Positions 58,347 to 64,000 of a DNA stretch of 64,000 nt are shown here, piece after piece (the stretch's first letter is position 1; each line of letters opens with the position of its first letter). The notes beneath the pieces were generated by a model. It worked only from the letters and a program-made list of their open reading frames with translations, was not told the DNA's origin and ran no database searches. Both the position numbers and the translations under genes were made by a program. Source of the DNA: Bacillota bacterium (GTDB lineage Bacteria; Bacillota; DTU025); assembly GCA_050951805.1 (NCBI GenBank), contig JBMNJT010000002.1, forward strand, positions 1,088,001-1,152,000, written 5' to 3'.

Positions 58347-59108
58347 ATGTACGACGATTCTGCTGTGCTCCGCGCCGCGCGCGAGGCAGCCCAGTCAGGT
58401 GTTCCTGTGCGGCTGGGATTTCTTGATCCGAATGAGCAGGACGATGCGGCCGAAGTGCTTGCGTCAATTGGGGATGTGACGCCTCGATTTTACGGGGGAT
58501 ACAGGGGTGCGGCGCGTAAGCTGCTTGTGATTATGCCTTCTGGGTATCTCGACGAGGTTTTCAATGCGGGCATATCCTACTTTGGGCTGCGTGGCGTCGG
58601 GCTCAGTCTTGATGGGGGATCCGGGTCTGATGCGGCCATTGCCGAGCTTCGGGCCTTGGGCATTCCACGTGACCACATCGGAGACGTGTTCTATGGGGGC
58701 AACGAGTGGCAGGGTGTGGTGCTCGCATCTGTCTTCGGGGATGGGAGCAATGAGCGAGAGCTAGAGGGATCAGGCGCCAGACTGGTGGAACTGGATCCCG
58801 CAGAGGTGGTGTTTCCCGGGGTTGTTCCGAAGAAGATCAGGGCCACGGTGGCTTCGATGAGGCTGGACGCGGTGGCAGGCGCTGGATTTCCGGCATCGAG
58901 GTCAAGGCTTGCCCAGGAGATCAAGGCGGGCAGGTTCAAGGTAAACGGGGAGATTGTTCAGTCTCCTTCTGTCAAGGTTAGTGAAGGGGATGTCGTAGTC
59001 TCTCGCGGGAGAGGCAGGCTTGTTGTGGAGGAAGTTTTCGGGGAAACCAAGCGAGGGCGTGTTTCCCTCATGTTGACACGTTATTCGGCAAACGCGCCAT
59101 TCTCTTGA
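58347..59108 (+). CDS. ylmH: YlmH S4-domain RNA-binding protein
   Basis: FLDP.E, GGY..A.R, VAS.RLDA and RG.GR motifs. Confidence 0.85.
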   Translation: MYDDSAVLRAAREAAQSGVPVRLGFLDPNEQDDAAEVLASIGDVTPRFYGGYRGAARKLLVIMPSGYLDEVFNAGISYFGLRGVGLSLDGGSGSDAAIAELRALGIPRDHIGDVFYGGNEWQGVVLASVFGDGSNERELEGSGARLVELDPAEVVFPGVVPKKIRATVASMRLDAVAGAGFPASRSRLAQEIKAGRFKVNGEIVQSPSVKVSEGDVVVSRGRGRLVVEEVFGETKRGRVSLMLTRYSANAPFS

Positions 59109-59121
59109 GAGGAGGGTCGGA

Positions 59122-59622
59122 ATGCTTACGCCACTTGAAGTCCATTCTAAGCAGTTCCAAACGAAATTTGGGCGTTACAATGCAGCGGAAGTCGATGATT
59201 TTCTCGATCTGGTGGGACAGTGCTACGATCAGTTGTACCGCGAAAATGCTGAACTCAAGGAGAAGCTGCGACTCCTTTCCGAGCAGGCCCAGTATGAACC
59301 GGAAGAACGCGATGAGGACATAGCTGAAACGATTAAACAGACTCTTCTGATGGCTCAAAAGGCAGCTGAAGATGCTAGGCGCAACGCGGAGGAAAAAGCT
59401 TCGCTCATTGTGGAAAATGCTGAGAGGGAAGCTGCTGCCGTGCTCGATCGGACGGAGGAGAGGGTCCGTGCTCAGCAGAAACGTTTGGAGGATCTCTACG
59501 CTCAGGAGGCCGCTGCGAGGGCCAGGTTCAAGGCAATGCTCGAGGCCTATCTCGAGATGTTAGAGGATACGCACCGGGATGCGGAGGGGTTCGTGGGGGG
59601 AGTTACAAGAAAATACGAGTAA
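59122..59622 (+). CDS. divIVA: DivIVA
   Basis: MLTP.E...K.F, Y...EVDDFLD and TL.MAQ motifs; coiled coil. Confidence 0.92.
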   Translation: MLTPLEVHSKQFQTKFGRYNAAEVDDFLDLVGQCYDQLYRENAELKEKLRLLSEQAQYEPEERDEDIAETIKQTLLMAQKAAEDARRNAEEKASLIVENAEREAAAVLDRTEERVRAQQKRLEDLYAQEAAARARFKAMLEAYLEMLEDTHRDAEGFVGGVTRKYE

Positions 59623-59666
59623 AACCGTTCGGACGTGGGCACTATATCCTTCGCGAGGTGTGATCT

Positions 59667-59966
59667 GTGCGAAGGAAGCGGCGGCCGGGCGAAGTCAGGG
59701 CCCTCATGTCCCAAATCATGCAGCTCTCTCGGCGCCTCGAGGATTCTAGCGTTGCGGAGTATGTCGAGTTTATGCGCAATCCGCGGCGGGTCATTTGGTC
59801 GAACTTCCTTGCTGGAATGGCTAGGGGATTCGGCATTGCTATAGGGGCGTCCGTCCTTACCGCGCTATTCCTATATGCACTTTCCGTTGTTATCTCGCTT
59901 AATATTCCAATCATAGGCAACCTAATCGCCAAGATCGTCAAAATAGTGAAGGATAGCGGCGTATGA
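59667..59966 (+). CDS. DUF5665-like small membrane protein
   Basis: EYV....P.R....NF.AG.ARG.G..IG...IP.IG pattern. Confidence 0.75.
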   Translation: MRRKRRPGEVRALMSQIMQLSRRLEDSSVAEYVEFMRNPRRVIWSNFLAGMARGFGIAIGASVLTALFLYALSVVISLNIPIIGNLIAKIVKIVKDSGV

Positions 59967-59982
59967 CGCGGGAGGTGCGCAG

Positions 59983-60549
59983 ATGGAACCCGAAAAGATC
60001 GATTCGTGCAAGAGCAGGCTTATCGAACTGAAGGCGCAGGCGGAATCGAGGGTGCGGGATGTTGAGGAAACTGCGGGTTTCGACACGCCAGAATCGGAGT
60101 GGAGCGGCGAGCTTTCGAGTTACGATAATCACACGGCAGATAGCGCTTCTGCGCTGGAGATGCGATCTATTAACCTCGGCTTGATACACCACGGGCGGGA
60201 TATAGTCGCCCAAATAGAATCTGCACTGGAGCGTATCGCGGATGGGTCTTATGGCAAATGCGACCAGTGCGGTCGGGATATTCCTCCCGAGCGCCTCGAC
60301 GCGATACCGTGGACGACCAGTTGCGCTCAGTGCAAAGCCGATTCTCTGTCACCTTCCGGAAGGAGCGGTCCTAGGCCTATCGAGGAAGAAGTTGTGAGGC
60401 CTCCGTTCGGCGGCAGGGATCCTGCCCGCGCCTACGACGACCCTGGCATCCACGGAGAGGATATCTGGGATGCGCTAGCGGAGTATGGCACTGCCAACAG
60501 TCCCCAGGATGAAGAGGCCGGGAACTCTGGCGACGTGGATTCGTTTTAG
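59983..60549 (+). CDS. yteA: YteA-family TraR/DksA C4 zinc-finger protein
   Basis: ELSSYDNH.AD, YG.C..CG..I..ERL...P....C..C and RP.EE motifs. Confidence 0.88.
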   Translation: MEPEKIDSCKSRLIELKAQAESRVRDVEETAGFDTPESEWSGELSSYDNHTADSASALEMRSINLGLIHHGRDIVAQIESALERIADGSYGKCDQCGRDIPPERLDAIPWTTSCAQCKADSLSPSGRSGPRPIEEEVVRPPFGGRDPARAYDDPGIHGEDIWDALAEYGTANSPQDEEAGNSGDVDSF

Positions 60550-60625
60550 TAGTTGCGTGGCATGTTAGAGTGTTTACGGGGCACATTTCGTGTGCTAGAA
60601 TTGAGTTCAGACTTGAGAGAGATTA

Positions 60626-61090
60626 TTGGGGTGGAGGCATGTGTCGCTTTTCCTGACAAGTGCATGGGTTATCCTTCTCGACCAGATAACTAAGACGATT
60701 GTGACGAGGCAGATAGCGCCATGGGACAATATCGAGTGCCTTGGCGGGCTGCTGCAGATCACAAATGTGCACAACCCGGGGGCGGCGTTTGGAATACTCC
60801 AGAACAAGCAGATATTGTCGATTGTTGCCGCAATTGTCGCAGCGGTGCTGATATTGCTTTTCTATCCCAGAATTCCCAGGCACAGGAGGTCGATGAGGTT
60901 TGGAATGGCGCTGGCGCTGGGCGGGGCGCTCGGGAACCTTATTGACAGGGTGAAGTATGGAAGTGTCATAGATTTCATCGACGTCGGCTTCTGGCCGGTG
61001 TTTAACCTGGCAGACAGCGCCATCGTTGTGGGAGTCGCACTGATCCTTTTAGGTATGGCGCGCGACCCCAGTGTAAGGAGGAGTAACTGA
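60626..61090 (+). CDS. lspA: Signal peptidase II
   Basis: DQ.TK, NPGAAFG, GNLIDR, V.DF and FNLAD motifs; start uncertain. Confidence 0.95.
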   Translation: MGWRHVSLFLTSAWVILLDQITKTIVTRQIAPWDNIECLGGLLQITNVHNPGAAFGILQNKQILSIVAAIVAAVLILLFYPRIPRHRRSMRFGMALALGGALGNLIDRVKYGSVIDFIDVGFWPVFNLADSAIVVGVALILLGMARDPSVRRSN

Positions 61091-61884
61091 TGCATCCGAT
61101 CCTGTTTAATGTTGGGAAGTTTCCCGTATACTCTTGGGGCACGTGTTTGGCTGTTGCCTTCGTTGTCAGCGCCCTCTACGCAATTTGGCAAGGCAAGAAG
61201 AAGGAGATAGATCTCGATGATATCATCGACCTCGCGCTGTACGCCTGCATTGCGTCGATTCTGGGCGCCAGGATTTTCTATGTGCTCCTCAATATCACCA
61301 GTTATCTCGACAATCTCGTCAGCATCTTGTGGATGCGCGATGGTGGGCTTTCCTTCTTTGGCGGGCTTGCAGGCGGGGTGCTCGCAGGGGTCCTTTTGGC
61401 CAAGAAGCGCGAGATTCCTTTGGGGAAATTGGCTGACGTGGTCGCGCCCGCTATAGCAATTGGCTATGCCATAGGAAGGCTGGGCTGTCTTCTCAATGGA
61501 TGCTGCTACGGGAAGGTTGCGGTGGATCTTCCATGGGCTTTGGCATGCGGAACGGACGGAGCTCCTAGGCATCCTACGCAGATCTACGCGATAATCTACA
61601 GTGTCATTATTTTCTTCATTCTTCGGGCTTGGGAAGGCAGAAAGCGTTTTGAAGGCGAAGTAATGTGGGCGTATATAGGGCTTTATTCTGTTGCTAGGTT
61701 TATAGTTGAGTTCTGGAGAGTCGGGGTTCGCGACTACTTTGCTCCGTTGACGGCCACCCAAATGCTATGCATCGTCCTTGCGGTATTGGGATTTGGCATG
61801 GTATATGTGAAGTCGAAGTATCCCGAGTCGGTCGCCGAGGCTTCGACTGACGGCGCAGTGTCGAAATCGTCTGTGCGAGGGTAA
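61090..61884 (+). CDS. lgt: Prolipoprotein diacylglyceryl transferase
   Basis: GAR.FYV, GGL...GG, GR.GC..NGCCYG and HPTQ.Y motifs. Confidence 0.93.
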   Translation: MHPILFNVGKFPVYSWGTCLAVAFVVSALYAIWQGKKKEIDLDDIIDLALYACIASILGARIFYVLLNITSYLDNLVSILWMRDGGLSFFGGLAGGVLAGVLLAKKREIPLGKLADVVAPAIAIGYAIGRLGCLLNGCCYGKVAVDLPWALACGTDGAPRHPTQIYAIIYSVIIFFILRAWEGRKRFEGEVMWAYIGLYSVARFIVEFWRVGVRDYFAPLTATQMLCIVLAVLGFGMVYVKSKYPESVAEASTDGAVSKSSVRG

Positions 61885-62847
61885 ATGATGCAGGTTCTGT
61901 TCTTCAGTCCCGGGGAGGCTGATGATCGCACAAGGCTCGATCTGTATCTCGCGAAGGAGTCAGTTGCTCCTTCGCGTTCCTATATTCAGAAGCTTATTTC
62001 GGATGGACGAGTCACTGTTAATGGCTTGGTCGAAACACGCTCTTCTTATCGCGTCCGTGCTGGCGATGCTGTCGAAGTGAGAGTTCCGCCGCCTGAACCC
62101 CTGTGCCAGGGAGTTCCCGCGCCTGAGTCGATCGCCCTCGATGTGATCTATGAGGATGATGACCTGATGGTGATCAACAAACCCCGGGGGATGGTCGTTC
62201 ATCCCGGTGTGGGCAGGTCTACCGGCACTCTAGTCAATGCTCTGCTCGGTAGGGGCACTCAGTTGTCGACGGTTGGAGGGAAGCTCAGGCCTGGGATAGT
62301 CCACCGTCTTGACCTCGACACATCGGGTGCAATTATCGTGGCAAAGAACGACGCAACGCATCTTGCTCTCGCGTCGCAGCTGGCATCGGGCGACATAGAC
62401 CGCAATTACATTGCTATTGTGCGCGGGAACATCCGGGAGGACTGCGGGGTCATTGATGCGCCTTTGGGGCGCCATTCCGTAGACAGGAAGAAGCGAGCTG
62501 TGAGGCCCGACGGAAGGCCGGCGGTGACTAGGTTTACTGTTTTGGAGAGGTTTGGTGACTATACTTTGGTCGGGATTGAGCTGGAGACAGGTCGAACACA
62601 CCAGATTCGGGTCCACATGAAGTATATAGGTAGGCCTGTAGCAGGTGATCCTGTCTATGGGGGTGTTGCGGGCGAACTGGGTCTTGAGGCTCAGGCTCTC
62701 CACGCCCGCAGTGTGGAGTTTACTCATCCTGCGACTGGGGAGAGGGTCAGGATCGAGGCGAAGAAGATGCCTGATGACATGCGGGCAGCTCTCGCACTGC
62801 TTAGGTCGAGGGAGCCTTCAGGGGATGGGCGGTGCGGCGCAAGATAG
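61885..62847 (+). CDS. rluD: RluA/RluD-family 23S rRNA pseudouridine synthase
   Basis: S4 domain; NKP.GMVVHP, HRLD.DTSG and TGRTHQIRVH motifs. Confidence 0.93.
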   Translation: MMQVLFFSPGEADDRTRLDLYLAKESVAPSRSYIQKLISDGRVTVNGLVETRSSYRVRAGDAVEVRVPPPEPLCQGVPAPESIALDVIYEDDDLMVINKPRGMVVHPGVGRSTGTLVNALLGRGTQLSTVGGKLRPGIVHRLDLDTSGAIIVAKNDATHLALASQLASGDIDRNYIAIVRGNIREDCGVIDAPLGRHSVDRKKRAVRPDGRPAVTRFTVLERFGDYTLVGIELETGRTHQIRVHMKYIGRPVAGDPVYGGVAGELGLEAQALHARSVEFTHPATGERVRIEAKKMPDDMRAALALLRSREPSGDGRCGAR

Positions 62848-62860
62848 CGGGGCGGTTTCT

Positions 62861-64000
62861 ATGATGGGAAACGGGGGTTCGAACAAAGCGGACGGAACCG
62901 GCCGGGTCGATCTGGCGGTTCGATGGGCCGCGGCGCTTGAGGTGCTTTTGGCCGTTCTGGCTTCATGCGTGATCTGTACAGGGTGCGCTCCTGATTGTAC
63001 GTGGTTGCGCTTTTCGGAGGGTCGGGCGGCCTATCCCTGCAGCGATGGATCTAGGCTCGGGGATGTCTGGCAGCGTACGGCCTGCGAGTCTCTGCAATCT
63101 CGGTTCACTCTTGCCGCCGCCGGCGATGTCATATTCGACAGGGGAGTGAGGGCTGTCTGCGAACGCCGAGGGGCGGATTGGCCGCTCAGTGCTGTTGCCC
63201 CCATATTCTCTTCGGCAGATGCGGGGTTCGTCAATCTTGAGACCAGTCTTGCCGTGGGCGGAAGACCCATCCCGGGCAAGGGCATATGGTTCAGGTCTGA
63301 TCCCAAGTTTGCGCAGGAGCTTGCGAAGGCCGGGGTGAACGTAGTCACTGTCGCCAACAATCATGTGCTAGATTACGATGAAGCCGCCTTTGCCGAGACT
63401 CTTGCTGCATTGGCGGACAGCTCGATAGCTGTGTGCGGCGGCGGGTTCGACCTAGATGAGGCGCGTTCGCCTGCGATTGTCAGCGCAGGCGGGGTGAGGA
63501 TTGCGTTTTTGGGCTACTCGGAGCTTGCGGATATATTCTGGACTTATTCTTATCCAAGGAGTTTTCGTGCGGGCCTGGATAGTCCCGGGGTTGCGCCAAT
63601 GGATGAGAAGATGATCGTCCAGGACATACGGAAGGCACGGGCCGTGGCAGACCATGTTGTCGTCTCCTACCATTGGGGCGAGGAGTATGCGCGCATGCCG
63701 AACACAAGGCAGATGCAGATCGCCCACATGTCGATCGATGCCGGAGCCAGTCTCGTGCTGGGCCATCATCCCCACGTGCTGCAGCCTGTGGAGGTGTACA
63801 ACGGCGGGATCATATTCTACTCCCTAGGGAACTTCGTGTTCGATCAGACAAAGCCCGACACTGTGGAAAGCATGATAGCTTGCGTGACGTTTTCGCCCAG
63901 CAAAATCGTCTCTGCGCAGATTCTGCCCATGAGGATAGAGAGATGCCGTCCCCGCCCTCTGGTGGGATGGGCCGCCAGGACTGTTCTGGACAGGCTTATC
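62861..64000 (+). CDS. CapA/PgsA-family metallophosphatase (3' end beyond the window)
   Basis: Hand translation gives AAGDV, NLET, ANNH..DY, HWG.EY, GHHPHV and YSLGNFVFDQ; no stop codon before 64000. Confidence 0.9.
   Translation, partial: MMGNGGSNKADGTGRVDLAVRWAAALEVLLAVLASCVICTGCAPDCTWLRFSEGRAAYPCSDGSRLGDVWQRTACESLQSRFTLAAAGDVIFDRGVRAVCERRGADWPLSAVAPIFSSADAGFVNLETSLAVGGRPIPGKGIWFRSDPKFAQELAKAGVNVVTVANNHVLDYDEAAFAETLAALADSSIAVCGGGFDLDEARSPAIVSAGGVRIAFLGYSELADIFWTYSYPRSFRAGLDSPGVAPMDEKMIVQDIRKARAVADHVVVSYHWGEEYARMPNTRQMQIAHMSIDAGASLVLGHHPHVLQPVEVYNGGIIFYSLGNFVFDQTKPDTVESMIACVTFSPSKIVSAQILPMRIERCRPRPLVGWAARTVLDRLI

Noticed and set aside
1-64000. CRISPR arrays, tRNA, rRNA, transposases, prophage or defence genes
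   Set aside because: No repeat-spacer periodicity, cloverleaf, rRNA or matching ORF was seen

Overview
Core-genome window (GC-rich) of an endospore-forming anaerobic Bacillota. In order: a branched-chain 2-oxoacid/acyl-phosphate cluster (buk-ptb-buk-Vor) with a convergent glutamate dehydrogenase; a BMP-family nucleoside ABC transporter; an ORF-less group II intron inserted just after that operon's terminator; rlmN-PP2C-RodA-PBP-PrkC-rsgA-rpe; a short FtsH-like protease; cinA-thpR-recA-recX-rny-ymdB-spoVS; the dcw cluster (mraZ to ftsZ, no murD); spoIIGA-sigE-sigG-spoIIR-ylmC; then yggS-ylmH-divIVA-yteA-lspA-lgt-rluD and a truncated CapA-family gene. The most unusual items are: (1) a free-standing, apparently splicing-dead Hint/intein-fold gene (55641-56147) with its own promoter, next to an unassigned highly structured RNA-like element (about 55263-55437); (2) an 865-nt IIC-like group II intron with no RT ORF, an AGC triad and enlarged structured DIII/DIV; (3) an ATT start codon for RNase Y; (4) an FHA-less FhaB-like membrane mini-protein; (5) a recurring sigma-H-type promoter motif with an exact 17-nt spacer at nine sites. 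All calls come from motif reading by eye; no database search or folding program was run.
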